DNA from: a virus
Reading direction: 5' to 3' (one strand)
DNA length: 64,000 nt
Virus record (IMG/VR): IMGVR_UViG_3300020390_000003
Span: 1-64,000 of that record
Below the pieces are notes generated by a model, which was not told where the DNA came from, ran no database searches, and worked only from the letters and a program-made list of their open reading frames with translations. Positions 19,212 through 29,727 of the stretch are shown one piece after another. The translations under genes were made by a program, and so were the position numbers. The stretch's first letter is position 1; each line of letters starts with the position of its first letter.

Positions 19212-19808
19212 ATGATCACTGAAAAGCTATATGAAGAAATCGCCAAAGATTTAGGTGTAGAGGTTGCAGTAGTAAAAGCGGTTCACGAAGTAGAGGCTGC
19301 TGGAAAGGCGTTTAATGAAAATGGCACTATTGTAATTCTATTTGAAGGGCACAAGTTTTATCAGTTTTTAGAAGATAATGGTAAAGATGCAAAAGCTTTA
19401 TCAAATGAATATCCTACACTTATTTATAAAGTTTGGACGAGAAAGCATTATGGTAAAGGAGACACTTTTGAACAACGACAGATAGAGGAACACAAGCGTT
19501 TTAGGAAAGCACTAGAGATAGATGCTGATGCTGCGTTTAGAGCCACAAGCTTTGGAGCCTTTCAAATTATGGGATTCAACGCAAAATCACTAGGATTTAA
19601 AACTGCTTCAGATTTGTACTACTACTTAAAATCAAGCGAAGCAAATCAATTAAAAGTGTTCGGTATTTTCTGCCAGGTAAACAATTTGGTGAGACACCTG
19701 CGGTCAAAAAATTGGGCTGCTTTTGCCAGAGGCTATAACGGCTCCGGTTACGCTGCTAACAAATACGATGTTAAACTGGCAAAAGCCTATAACAAATTTT
19801 CAAAATGA
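19212..19808 (+). CDS. Endolysin, N-acetylmuramidase (DUF3380 family)
   Basis: 'AVHEVE', 'ILFEGHKF', 'SFGAFQIMGFN', 'WAAFARGYNG..Y..NKYD.KL'. Confidence 0.92.
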   Translation: MITEKLYEEIAKDLGVEVAVVKAVHEVEAAGKAFNENGTIVILFEGHKFYQFLEDNGKDAKALSNEYPTLIYKVWTRKHYGKGDTFEQRQIEEHKRFRKALEIDADAAFRATSFGAFQIMGFNAKSLGFKTASDLYYYLKSSEANQLKVFGIFCQVNNLVRHLRSKNWAAFARGYNGSGYAANKYDVKLAKAYNKFSK

Positions 19809-20419
19809 GATTAGTACGCAACATACTTTACTTACTTTTAGTTCTAGCGGTATTGGCCGCAGGAAGTAGTTGCGCCGGTACACGCCAGCGTGACAAATCC
19901 CGTGAGCAGGAAAAAACCAAAACAGAACTTCGCGAACAAATTGAACGTGAGACTTCTGAGCAAAAAGAAAAACTTGAAAACACTACCAAAATAACCAATG
20001 AACAAATCAAAGAGATCGTAAGCAATATTGATTTTGAAAGTATTGATCAAGATAAATATTTTGAACTAAACATTGGTGTAGATGGTAATGGTAATTTGAA
20101 TATCAAAGGCAGAAATGTTCGTGGTTCCAAATCAGAAAAAGAAACCACAGGCAATAAAAGCGATACCACAACTACTACTAAAAAAGAAATATGGCACGCA
20201 GAGGCAAAAGAAGCTATTGACTTAGAACTTGATCAAGAAACCGAAACCGATAATCTGCAAGTGAGTGTTGAAAGCGAAAAAGAAGATTGGTTAGGCAGCT
20301 TGTCGTGGTCCTTGTTTTGGATTGTCGCATTAGTCGTATTGATCGGGATAGCCTATTACAATCGCACATCATTAATAGCAAAAGCAAAAACCATAATTCA
20401 AAAAATCATCGGGAAATGA
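19805..20419 (+). CDS. Probable unimolecular spanin
   Basis: N-terminal lipoprotein signal (..AAGSSC) and C-terminal TM (WSLFWIVALVVLIGIAYY), directly after endolysin. Confidence 0.7.
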   Translation: MRLVRNILYLLLVLAVLAAGSSCAGTRQRDKSREQEKTKTELREQIERETSEQKEKLENTTKITNEQIKEIVSNIDFESIDQDKYFELNIGVDGNGNLNIKGRNVRGSKSEKETTGNKSDTTTTTKKEIWHAEAKEAIDLELDQETETDNLQVSVESEKEDWLGSLSWSLFWIVALVVLIGIAYYNRTSLIAKAKTIIQKIIGK

Positions 20420-21045
20420 GAGCACACAAAGATTTTATTGTACATATACCGGAGCGATACCACAATGGCATCAAAACAGAAAACGGCACCAAAATTCATT
20501 TAGATAGTCGGTTTTCCGGTAAAGAGGTTGCCAATACTATTGTTGAAGTAGTTGCGGTACCAATGATCTATAACGGAGATATAAAACCGGGATGCCGATT
20601 GCTCATTGACCCAATTGTAGTCCATACGCAAGAGTTTCAGAAATGGGGTACAGAAGAAAATCACCACTTGGTTGATCGAGATAAAAAGCTGTACAAAATA
20701 GATCCTTCATTAGTGATTTGCTATTCTTTAGAAGGAAGCACACAGTGGCGCGGTTTTGAAGATAATGTGATTTGCGAATATATCAAGCCACCAAAGCAAG
20801 AAGAAAAAGAACTTGAGAAAATCGGTTCAATCTTCATTCCGGATATGACTAAGCCAAAACCTGCAGATGGGCCGGTGGTTAAAATCATTATTGCCAATGA
20901 TGCCCTTAATGATCAAGGTATTTATGAAGATGATGTTGTTTTTTACAAACCTACCGGAGTTTATGAAGTATGGCTGCGTGATCAAAAAGTAGTTGGCTTA
21001 AAAAACAAATACTTACTTGGCAAACTACTAAAAGAGGCGGTATGA
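20416..21045 (+). CDS. GroES-fold (tandem) phage protein; true start likely 20416
   Basis: ATG overlaps spanin stop, preceded by CGGGAA; two GroES-like segments. Confidence 0.6.
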   Translation: MRAHKDFIVHIPERYHNGIKTENGTKIHLDSRFSGKEVANTIVEVVAVPMIYNGDIKPGCRLLIDPIVVHTQEFQKWGTEENHHLVDRDKKLYKIDPSLVICYSLEGSTQWRGFEDNVICEYIKPPKQEEKELEKIGSIFIPDMTKPKPADGPVVKIIIANDALNDQGIYEDDVVFYKPTGVYEVWLRDQKVVGLKNKYLLGKLLKEAV

Positions 21046-21380
21046 AAACGGAGATAGATGTAAAGAAATATCGTAAAGATCAAACTATTAAACTCATTGA
21101 AAAGTATAAGTCACTTATTGATGATGTTTTTGAGGTCTTTGAGGATAATGTTCCGGAAATTGAGGAAGATGAAAAAGAAGATAGCGAAGAAAAAAAACTC
21201 AATCGCATTAAAAAACGAAGCGCCGCTTTAGAACATGTAGATGGCTTCCTACTCAAAATTGAAAACCTGGAACACCATTTAAAAGAAGCTGAAGAAAATA
21301 GTGATGATGAAACCGTCACCACCAAAAAAGAAGAACCCAAGGGTTTTCAACACCCTACAAAAGCACGAGCTAAAAACTAA
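21042..21380 (+). CDS. Probable terminase small subunit
   Basis: Small helical protein coupled directly upstream of TerL. Confidence 0.5.
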   Translation: MKTEIDVKKYRKDQTIKLIEKYKSLIDDVFEVFEDNVPEIEEDEKEDSEEKKLNRIKKRSAALEHVDGFLLKIENLEHHLKEAEENSDDETVTTKKEEPKGFQHPTKARAKN

Positions 21381-23716
21381 TGATTTTCTACTTAGGAAAT
21401 AAAGTCGAACTTAATTTAAGACCTTCCGCAAAACGGGATCTTAACCGCCTTGGCCATTGGAAATATGGATACAACAAAGAGCACGATGTTGTAGTCATTT
21501 CTAAAGATGGCACTCTTGGTGATGTGTTTGAAATTATGGGCCTAAGAATTGGCTTGCCCGAAATGCCTAAAAAAGATCAAATCATTAATCATAATAAAAT
21601 TCAGTCACAGCAAAAATTTATGCGTGAGCAAATGCCGGCTGAATTAGAATATGAGGCTATTGATGCGGTTACTTCTCAATTCACGGGAACAGCTCCTCAA
21701 AAACAAGAGCAAATTGACGAGTATTTACAAACGCTGTTTCAAAAGCATTCCAAATATATCAATGAGCAATATCGCAAACGCGAGCAAGGGGTATGGATTT
21801 ACCTTAATGGGAACCCGGTGTATTTAACCGGTACATATTGGTTCGGTATTCAGTGGGTGCGTGAGATTAGCGAATATCCCAAGCTGCGAATCATTCAGAA
21901 CGAGTTGATGATCTATTGGGAAGCTTGTAAAGCAGACTCGCGAAGCTTTGGGATGCAATACGTTAAAAACAGACGTATGGGTGCTTCCCTTATGGCAATT
22001 ATGGAAATGCTTGACGCAGCAACGCTTAATGAAGATAAGCTGCTGGGAATGATTTCTAAAAAAGGGGAAGATGCAAGTAAGATTTTCCGTAGATATATTG
22101 CAGCCTTTAAACGCCTTCCTTCATTTTTCAGACCGGTATGGGATGGTACCAATAACCCTAAAAAGAAACTGAACCTTGAAGAAGCTACCAAGCGTAAATC
22201 TGCAGGTAGTTCAATTTCTATGGGTAATGGTTTGGGTACTATGGTAGAGTGGCACAATACCGATTTGAATGCGATGGATGGGGATGCGATTTTCAGATCG
22301 CTATTAGATGAGTCTGGTAAATATCCTAAAGAGGTGCCTTTCTCAAAATATTGGGGTATTGTAAAAACTTCACATAGAAAAGGTATTATCATCACGGGCA
22401 AGTCAATGGTAGTATCAACGGTGAACGCCCTTAAAAAAGGTGGTGCCGAATACAAAAAAGTTTGGGATAATAGCGACTGCAATCAACGTGACCGCAACGG
22501 ACAAACCAAATCGGGATTATACCGCATTTTCATTCCGGCAAAATATTGTCTTGAAGGTATGTTTGATGAATTTGGTTTTTCTATTGTAGAAGATCCTGAC
22601 AAACCTATCAAAACAGATGAAGGCGTTTATGTAGAATACGGCTCAGAAACGCATTTAAAAAACTCTATTGAAGCCTTACAAGATGATCCCGAAGAACTCA
22701 ACGAATTTATGCGCCAAAACCCCGAGACGATTAAAGATGCGTTTCGTAATGAAAGTGGCGATTGTGAGTTTAATGAGATCAAGCTAGATGAGCAAATTGA
22801 GCATAACAAATGGGAGCTCAACGACACTTATAATTCTGAAACCGGAACGTGGCGTGGCAATGACGATGTAGAACGCGGCAACTTCTCTTGGGAAAACGGT
22901 ATTCGCTTTGGTACCGTGCGTTGGAACCCAGACTCGGAGAAAGGTCGTTTCTTTATTAAAAAAGGTTGCCATCCTCCGCTTGAGTTTAGAAACAAGTATG
23001 AGCAAAAGCGCACCAATGGCGGCGTGCTTGCTAACGCTCCTATTGCCGGGCACATTGGCACCATAGGCGTTGATCCCTATAACCGTAGTAAAAATGCCGA
23101 TGGTCGTGGTTCAAAAGGTGCGATCATTATAAAAACCAAAACGCATACGTGCTCAGAGTTACCGAATAATGCGCAGATCGTAGAATACATAGACCGTCCT
23201 AAAAAGGTTGAGATATTTTTTGAAGATGCTTTAATGGTTGCGATCTATTATAGCCTTCCTATGAATATCGAACTTTCAAACGAGCGTTTTTTACACAAGC
23301 TTAAAGATTGGGGTTTCCGGCATTTTGTAATGAACAACCCGTTTAAGAAAAGCTGGAACGAGTTGTCACCGCAGGAAAAAGAAACCGGTGGTTCGCCACA
23401 GCAGGACGCCAAGATTGGGGAAGCACAGTTTTATGCTACTGAAGCATATATAGAAGATCACATAGGGGTAGCCCGAGACAACAAATATAGAATGCAAGGC
23501 GAAATGGGCGATAATCCATTTACACGAACTTTATATCAATATAAAGAAGTAGACACCTCAAATAGAGGTAAATTTGATGCGTATATTGGCGCCAGTTTAG
23601 CAGACGTAGGTAATCAGCCAAGACGCATACAACAACAAGAACAAGAGCAAAAACGTATAACCGTACCTTTTACCAAGTATGATAATAGTGGTGCTGTTTC
23701 TCAAATAGCTGTATAA
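21380..23716 (+). CDS. terL: Terminase large subunit
   Basis: 'KNRRMGAS' Walker A, 'LLDESGK' Walker B, 'GVDPY' RNase-H nuclease motif. Confidence 0.92.
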   Translation: MIFYLGNKVELNLRPSAKRDLNRLGHWKYGYNKEHDVVVISKDGTLGDVFEIMGLRIGLPEMPKKDQIINHNKIQSQQKFMREQMPAELEYEAIDAVTSQFTGTAPQKQEQIDEYLQTLFQKHSKYINEQYRKREQGVWIYLNGNPVYLTGTYWFGIQWVREISEYPKLRIIQNELMIYWEACKADSRSFGMQYVKNRRMGASLMAIMEMLDAATLNEDKLLGMISKKGEDASKIFRRYIAAFKRLPSFFRPVWDGTNNPKKKLNLEEATKRKSAGSSISMGNGLGTMVEWHNTDLNAMDGDAIFRSLLDESGKYPKEVPFSKYWGIVKTSHRKGIIITGKSMVVSTVNALKKGGAEYKKVWDNSDCNQRDRNGQTKSGLYRIFIPAKYCLEGMFDEFGFSIVEDPDKPIKTDEGVYVEYGSETHLKNSIEALQDDPEELNEFMRQNPETIKDAFRNESGDCEFNEIKLDEQIEHNKWELNDTYNSETGTWRGNDDVERGNFSWENGIRFGTVRWNPDSEKGRFFIKKGCHPPLEFRNKYEQKRTNGGVLANAPIAGHIGTIGVDPYNRSKNADGRGSKGAIIIKTKTHTCSELPNNAQIVEYIDRPKKVEIFFEDALMVAIYYSLPMNIELSNERFLHKLKDWGFRHFVMNNPFKKSWNELSPQEKETGGSPQQDAKIGEAQFYATEAYIEDHIGVARDNKYRMQGEMGDNPFTRTLYQYKEVDTSNRGKFDAYIGASLADVGNQPRRIQQQEQEQKRITVPFTKYDNSGAVSQIAV

Positions 23717-23717
23717 G

Positions 23718-26141
23718 ATGAACAACAATTTACAACCTAAAAACAAAATGGGAATCCCGGACCCATTGGCTCCCGAAAATGAAAAAAGGGATGCTGATTA
23801 TGGATTAAAATGGGCAATGGCTATACAAGCAGAATGGTTTGGTGGCGGTTTGATCAATGATAAATGTTTGTTTACCCAACGACACAAAGAAATTCGGGAT
23901 TTACGTTTGTATGTGCGTGGTGAATATGATCTTGCCGGAGACAAGAACCATATCGCGCGCCAGCCTGATGATTTAAGTCTGCACAACCTGGACTTCACCC
24001 CAATTAATTACGCAGAAAAATTCACCAATAAAGTGCGTAACGGGATAAGTGATGATTTTTACCGTATTGATGTACGTTCAGTAGATCGTTTTGCTGCGCT
24101 TGCCAAAAAGAAAAACTACGAGCGCCACAAAACCAATATGGCTTCACGTGCGATGCTTGAGAAAGCGGCCGCAATGGGATTGCCAGACCTTACCGAAAAA
24201 GGTTTTATCCCGGAAGATGATGAGGAATTAAGCTTATACACACAGATCAAAGAACGTCCTATGCAAGAGATCGCAGAGGAAATTATGATCAATTTTGTGA
24301 AGCGCACAAACAACTGGACGCAGACCAAAAAGAAAACCAATAGCGATTTGGTTAATGTTGATTTGCAAGTAGCACAGTTGATTACAGATGATAATAATGG
24401 CGTAGTGCCTATTTATCGTGACCCCGAAGCTTTTGTACACAGCTTTGTAGAATTAGACGATTTTAGCGATGCTTTTTATTATGGCTATGTAGATACTATT
24501 ACTATCAACGAACTGCGCAGAGAGAGCGGCTATGATGATGTAAAGTGCCGTAAGATTGCCAAGTTATATGCCGGAGTCAATAAGATTAATGAATTAGGCT
24601 TCAACTTCTCACACGCGCCAATGCAGGATATTATCAATATTCAAGTACAAGTATTGCGTTTTGCATTCAAGAGCGATAAAGAAATTATTTGGAAAAAATA
24701 TACTGATAAGCGTAATCGCACCAATAAAGTGGCGCGTAGAAGCGTAGATTGGAAGGTGCCGGAAGAAGCAGCACACAAACGTTTATCAAAACGTCTTGAT
24801 ACCTGGTATGAAGGCAGCTACATCATAGGTAGTAATGAGTTTATTTACAACTACCAAGAGACTGAGATATTGGCAAAAGACAATATGAATAAAGTGGTGC
24901 CGCCATTTATCGCGCAATCTACCAATATCTATCGCAATAAATTACGCAGTTTCTTGAGCAATATCATTCCGCTTTGTAAAGAGTTGCAGCGTATTCACTT
25001 AAAAATTCAGCATTTAATAGCCGAATTAAAACCTGACCTTATCGAGATCGATATTGATCAAGTGGCCGAACTCATTCCGGACGCCAAAGGAGATCCCGAA
25101 GCCAATATCAAAAAAGCGCTTTCCTATCTTAACGTAAAAGGTGTGGTGTTGAAAAAGCGTGTGAATATGGGTGAAGATGGTATGAAAGACGGTAATGCTG
25201 CGCGGCCAATGCCTAACCAACAAGGTAGCGCACTAGGCGCATTGCTTAATTCGTGGCAATTTTATTACAAGCAGATACAAGATATTACCGGTCTTGACCC
25301 ATTGCAAGCAGAATCGCTTGTGGGTACAAACCAGATGATACAATTGGCTAACAATACCGCTACCAAGCACATTGTTGAAGCTGCAGTTGCTTTTGATAAG
25401 CGGGTATGCGAGGCTATTAGCGCACGCGTAAAAGGGGTTTTTAAATTCCCAAGATTAAAGCATCTTGCAAAGACCTATGCTGATGCTGTGGGTAAAGAAA
25501 ATATTGATGCGTTAGAAGGTTTAGAAAACCGAAGCTTGCACGAGTTTGGATTTACGGTAGAAATGGTGCCGGCCAAAGAAGAACTTGACGAATTACGTGA
25601 GGATTTAGGTCTTGCTTTAAAAGATGGAAGCATTGATGTTTCTGATAAGTCTGAGATTATGGTTATTGCGCGCAACAATATGAAGCAAGCACGCCAATAT
25701 ATGCACTTTGTACGCCGCCGAAACATTAAGCAACGTATGAAAGAAACTGAGTTTAACAATAAAACTCAGGCGCAAAACAATATGCAAGCTGCACAAGCCA
25801 AGCAGCAAGGAGAAATCGCTTTGTATCAACAAAAGAAGATGATTGATTTAGAATATGAAGGTCAAAAATCGATGATTGATTTACGTAAACTTGCGCAGGA
25901 ATTACAGATCAAAGAACCTACGGAGCAAAAACGTTTTGAAGAAAAAGCGTATATCGAGCAAATGAAAGCGGCAATGACGATAAACCTCACTAAGTACAAG
26001 GAGAATGAAAAAGAACGCCGTGAGGAAAAAACCGGAACCCGTCAAAGTAAGATGATCGAGCAACGTCAAAAAGATAAGCCTGCATTTGACTTTACAAAAC
26101 CCGATATCGACTTGGATGCTATTTTAGGACAGGTTGGTTAA
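23718..26141 (+). CDS. Portal protein
   Basis: 807 aa, follows TerL, long C-terminal coiled coil (P22/crAss-type barrel). Confidence 0.85.
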   Translation: MNNNLQPKNKMGIPDPLAPENEKRDADYGLKWAMAIQAEWFGGGLINDKCLFTQRHKEIRDLRLYVRGEYDLAGDKNHIARQPDDLSLHNLDFTPINYAEKFTNKVRNGISDDFYRIDVRSVDRFAALAKKKNYERHKTNMASRAMLEKAAAMGLPDLTEKGFIPEDDEELSLYTQIKERPMQEIAEEIMINFVKRTNNWTQTKKKTNSDLVNVDLQVAQLITDDNNGVVPIYRDPEAFVHSFVELDDFSDAFYYGYVDTITINELRRESGYDDVKCRKIAKLYAGVNKINELGFNFSHAPMQDIINIQVQVLRFAFKSDKEIIWKKYTDKRNRTNKVARRSVDWKVPEEAAHKRLSKRLDTWYEGSYIIGSNEFIYNYQETEILAKDNMNKVVPPFIAQSTNIYRNKLRSFLSNIIPLCKELQRIHLKIQHLIAELKPDLIEIDIDQVAELIPDAKGDPEANIKKALSYLNVKGVVLKKRVNMGEDGMKDGNAARPMPNQQGSALGALLNSWQFYYKQIQDITGLDPLQAESLVGTNQMIQLANNTATKHIVEAAVAFDKRVCEAISARVKGVFKFPRLKHLAKTYADAVGKENIDALEGLENRSLHEFGFTVEMVPAKEELDELREDLGLALKDGSIDVSDKSEIMVIARNNMKQARQYMHFVRRRNIKQRMKETEFNNKTQAQNNMQAAQAKQQGEIALYQQKKMIDLEYEGQKSMIDLRKLAQELQIKEPTEQKRFEEKAYIEQMKAAMTINLTKYKENEKERREEKTGTRQSKMIEQRQKDKPAFDFTKPDIDLDAILGQVG

Positions 26142-26932
26142 AAAGTAAGCGCTAATTGATCAGTATTTTTTAATCTTGAAACAGCACTATCAAAATAATC
26201 TTTTTCTTTTTCGCAAGCGGTAAGATGCAACTGTAATTTATCAATGCGGTTGCATTCTCTTACCACAAAAGCAATATTACCTGAGCCGAATCCCGAATCA
26301 AATATTGAATACCCTTTTAAGCAGTAATTCAGAATCATCCATCTGTACAATTTACGAGGCTTTTGGGTAGGATGATAGCGCTTTTCATTAAGCCTTTTGT
26401 TGCCTTCTTGTTTAGTAGGGTTCAGCAAACTGCCCTGCATCATCCCAGCCCACATATATTGATAAATAAAGCTTGGTCTATCAAAAGAAGTCCAAGCCAA
26501 TTCACAATCATATTGATCAGAAGTGCCATTACACTTATCCCAAAGAATCCATCCTTTAGGGTTTTCCTTTAAAAACTTATCAAAATCCTTTCGCCTAGGT
26601 GGTTCAAATGGTTTTTCTACAATCCAATCAAAGAAATTAGCACCCCAAATTATTTGATTTTTTGAAACTCGGAAGATTTCTTTGCCATATTCATCATTTG
26701 CCGGTAAAGCATCCCAATTTTTTTTGACGTAGTTGTTATTAGGTGATTTTAGAGTTGCACCATTTTTTTGTTTAATAGGTGTATTTCTGCTTTTATGATT
26801 TTTGGAGCTTTCACCAATACCATACTCAGGATCTAAAATTGCTATATCAAAGTAAGCATCAGATAACTCACCCATCAACCTCATACGATCCTCACAAGTC
26901 AATTTAAAGTCAGAAGTTTCGTATAGCATCAT
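26138..26932 (-). CDS. DNA N6-adenine/N4-cytosine methyltransferase (beta class)
   Basis: 'DPEYGI' motif IV, 'HPTQKP', 'FDSGFGSG' motif I. Confidence 0.88.
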   Translation of the reverse strand: MMLYETSDFKLTCEDRMRLMGELSDAYFDIAILDPEYGIGESSKNHKSRNTPIKQKNGATLKSPNNNYVKKNWDALPANDEYGKEIFRVSKNQIIWGANFFDWIVEKPFEPPRRKDFDKFLKENPKGWILWDKCNGTSDQYDCELAWTSFDRPSFIYQYMWAGMMQGSLLNPTKQEGNKRLNEKRYHPTQKPRKLYRWMILNYCLKGYSIFDSGFGSGNIAFVVRECNRIDKLQLHLTACEKEKDYFDSAVSRLKNTDQLALTF

Positions 26933-27056
26933 TACACTAAAATTTACATTTTTTCAAATTTAGTATAAGTAAAATATACTTTTAATATAAATTAATTTGT
27001 ATTTGAATACTTTATTTCTATACTTTTGCTTTAAACAATAAGTAAAGTTTATAGTT

Positions 27057-28304
27057 ATGACGATCGGGAAAAATATGTTAGGGTATATGAAGTTAGGTGG
27101 TGATCCTACACCTACACCTACACCTGCGCAACCACAACAACAGGCACAAGAACCTGCTCCGGCAGCACAACAACCTAAACAACCCGAACCCAAACCGGCT
27201 GAACCTGCACAACCTAGTCCTGAGCCAGCAGCACAGGAACCACAACCGGCTGCACAGCCAGACCCAAATAAAGGTGCTGATCCTAAACCGGCTGCACAAC
27301 CTCAAGCAGCAGAACCAGCACAAGGACCTGAGCCAACCCCTGCACCACAACCCGAATTGAACGAAGAAGCTTTTTTAAGCTATATCAAAGAGAAAAAAGG
27401 ATTTAAAGGAGAAAGCCTTGACGAGTTGTTTAAAAAGCCCGAACCGGCAGCAGACCCATTTGAGGGATTAAGTGATGAAGCGGTACAATTTGTTAAGTAC
27501 AACAAAGAAACCCAACGTAGCTATAAAGAATTTGAAGCGCTTAACCGCGATTATTCAAAAGTGAGTCCGTTAGAAGCGGCACGTGAGAAAGCCCTTGCAA
27601 TAGGTGGTGATTACATTGATCAAAGCAATGTAGATGAATACCTAGAAGCAGAATTAGGAATAGATGTTTCTGACTTTGAAAATCTTTCTGCAGTCGAGAA
27701 GATGCGTTTAAAGAATTTCGGTCAAGATTATATACAGTCTCAGATAGAGGCACAACAAAAATATAAGCAACCTATTGAGCGCCCCGGTCAGCCGGAAATG
27801 GTCACGTTAGAAAACGGCCAGACAATGCCAAAGGAAACTTATGACAAATTAGTAGATCAACAATTAGCATATCAAAATAGCATCAAAGAGGCTTCGGATA
27901 AGATCAATGCGTCTGCTTATGATATTAAGATTGATGATAACGGTACTGAAAAAGTGATGAATGTTGCTTATGAGTATTCAAAAGATGATAAGCAGGATAT
28001 GGTATCATCAGCACTCAATATTGACGCGTTTTATCAAAAAGCATTCGGTACTGAAAAGGGATTAGACTACGCAAAACTTGAAGAAGGATTGCATTGGGCT
28101 GACCCTGCAAAACGGGAAAAATCAATCACAGCCATTGTTCACAAAGCCTTAGCACAGCAAGCCGAAGAATTTGCAGCTATTGAGCATAATGCAGAAGTAA
28201 AAACCAAGCAGATGCCTCACAGCGCTACGCAAACTTCAAATAACAACATCGCTAGTTGGCGAGGTGGCAATACAACTACAGGAAGGATTCCATTTAAAGT
28301 TTAA
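27057..28304 (+). CDS. Capsid scaffolding protein
   Basis: Pro/Gln/Ala-rich N-terminus, acidic helical body, directly before the major capsid gene. Confidence 0.75.
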   Translation: MTIGKNMLGYMKLGGDPTPTPTPAQPQQQAQEPAPAAQQPKQPEPKPAEPAQPSPEPAAQEPQPAAQPDPNKGADPKPAAQPQAAEPAQGPEPTPAPQPELNEEAFLSYIKEKKGFKGESLDELFKKPEPAADPFEGLSDEAVQFVKYNKETQRSYKEFEALNRDYSKVSPLEAAREKALAIGGDYIDQSNVDEYLEAELGIDVSDFENLSAVEKMRLKNFGQDYIQSQIEAQQKYKQPIERPGQPEMVTLENGQTMPKETYDKLVDQQLAYQNSIKEASDKINASAYDIKIDDNGTEKVMNVAYEYSKDDKQDMVSSALNIDAFYQKAFGTEKGLDYAKLEEGLHWADPAKREKSITAIVHKALAQQAEEFAAIEHNAEVKTKQMPHSATQTSNNNIASWRGGNTTTGRIPFKV

Positions 28305-28322
28305 CAGAAAAAATTAGAACTA

Positions 28323-29660
28323 ATGGCTTTTGACCTTTTAGCAAACAACTTATCCGGAGGCCCAGCAGTAATTGATGCTCCCGGTGGTGTTCTCGCAACT
28401 GAAGCGAATTTCATCGACGATTATACTTATGCAAATAAGTATCAACCAGAACTTTTAAAAGATTTACACATGGCGTATGGCCGTGGTAAAATCTTAAAAC
28501 TTACCGAACTTATTGGTAACACAAGAAGCTACGCTTCTGATCAAATGATTCACGCAGAAGAAGGGCGTTTACATAACAAGCTTACCAATGTAGCTGTTTC
28601 CGGCACAACCTTTACTTCGCCTACACCTCACAACGCTCGTGTAAATGACACGATCTTAGTAACTGATGGTGTTGTACAAGTACAAGCTACTGTTCAGTCA
28701 GTAACAAGTACTACTGTTTTTGTAGCAACTAAAGATGATGGCACTGCTTTCAACTTTACCGATACCGTTGATATTATGGTGGATTTCTCTAACTCTTGGG
28801 GTAAAGGGGATGATACTTTTGATGAAGCGCGCGAGTGGGACCCTACTAAATTTTATGCGCATACGCATATCATTAAGGAAACCTACAAGAAAAACAACTC
28901 AGACCGTATTCACAGAACTTGGATTCAAACACCTGATGGTCCACGCTGGTATAACCACGAAATGATGAATACTTCTACCTTGTTTGATAATAAAGTAGAA
29001 TTTACTCACATTTTCCACGAGCGTAAGGCTACCGGCCGTAATCGAGGTATGAACGGTCTTGTTCCTACTGTTGAAACCTATGGTAACATCGCGAATGAGT
29101 ACATCACAGATATTGAAGAATTGTCTGAGATCGTTCGCAGATTAAAGCAACAAGGTGGTGCTTGTAACTCATACAATGTATGGCACGATCACCAGCAAGG
29201 CGCTTATTTCCGTCAGATGTTATCTGGTGTAAACTCTGCTTATTCAGAAGGAAGTAATTATGGTGCTTTTGACAACAGTAAGGATATGGCCTTATTCTTA
29301 GGTTTCAAATCAGTTTACATTGACGGAGTTACTTTCCATTTCCAATCATTGGATATTTTGGAAGATCCTTCACTAATGGGGAGTGATAAATTCCGTGCAA
29401 CCGGTCTTGCATACTTAATGGTTCCTAACGGAAACATGAGTATTACTGAAGGTGGTAAAACGGTTAGCCGTCCATTCTACTCAGTAGGATATAGAGAGGA
29501 TGAGCAATATAGCCGTAGACGTGAACTGAAATTGTTCGGTCCTGGTGGTACTGCTATTTCTGGTGACTATTCTAAATGGGATTGGTTGTCTGAAACAATG
29601 GGCCAAATTGTAGGAGCTAATAACTACCTAGTAGGTAGAACAGGAGCATTCTACTCTTAG
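28323..29660 (+). CDS. Major capsid protein
   Basis: 445 aa, position after scaffold, HK97-like 'HIIKETY', 'GMNGL' segments, followed by strong terminator. Confidence 0.85.
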   Translation: MAFDLLANNLSGGPAVIDAPGGVLATEANFIDDYTYANKYQPELLKDLHMAYGRGKILKLTELIGNTRSYASDQMIHAEEGRLHNKLTNVAVSGTTFTSPTPHNARVNDTILVTDGVVQVQATVQSVTSTTVFVATKDDGTAFNFTDTVDIMVDFSNSWGKGDDTFDEAREWDPTKFYAHTHIIKETYKKNNSDRIHRTWIQTPDGPRWYNHEMMNTSTLFDNKVEFTHIFHERKATGRNRGMNGLVPTVETYGNIANEYITDIEELSEIVRRLKQQGGACNSYNVWHDHQQGAYFRQMLSGVNSAYSEGSNYGAFDNSKDMALFLGFKSVYIDGVTFHFQSLDILEDPSLMGSDKFRATGLAYLMVPNGNMSITEGGKTVSRPFYSVGYREDEQYSRRRELKLFGPGGTAISGDYSKWDWLSETMGQIVGANNYLVGRTGAFYS

Positions 29661-29675
29661 AATAAACTAAATAAT

Positions 29676-29703
29676 AAGCAGGGGTTTAGAGCCCCTGCTT
29701 TTA
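29676..29703 (+). terminator. Intrinsic terminator after capsid gene
   Basis: AAGCAGGGG..CCCCTGCTT followed by T. Confidence 0.75.
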
Positions 29704-29727
29704 TATAATAACTTAAAGCAAACGGAA

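Noticed and set aside
21913-25832. Multiple minus-strand ORFs within terminase and portal
   Set aside because: Antisense shadows of long genes with no recognisable motifs.
27100-27355. Tandem repeats and overlapping Cys/Leu-rich ORFs
   Set aside because: Low-complexity Pro/Gln/Ala coding linker of the scaffold; the alternative-frame ORFs are shadows.
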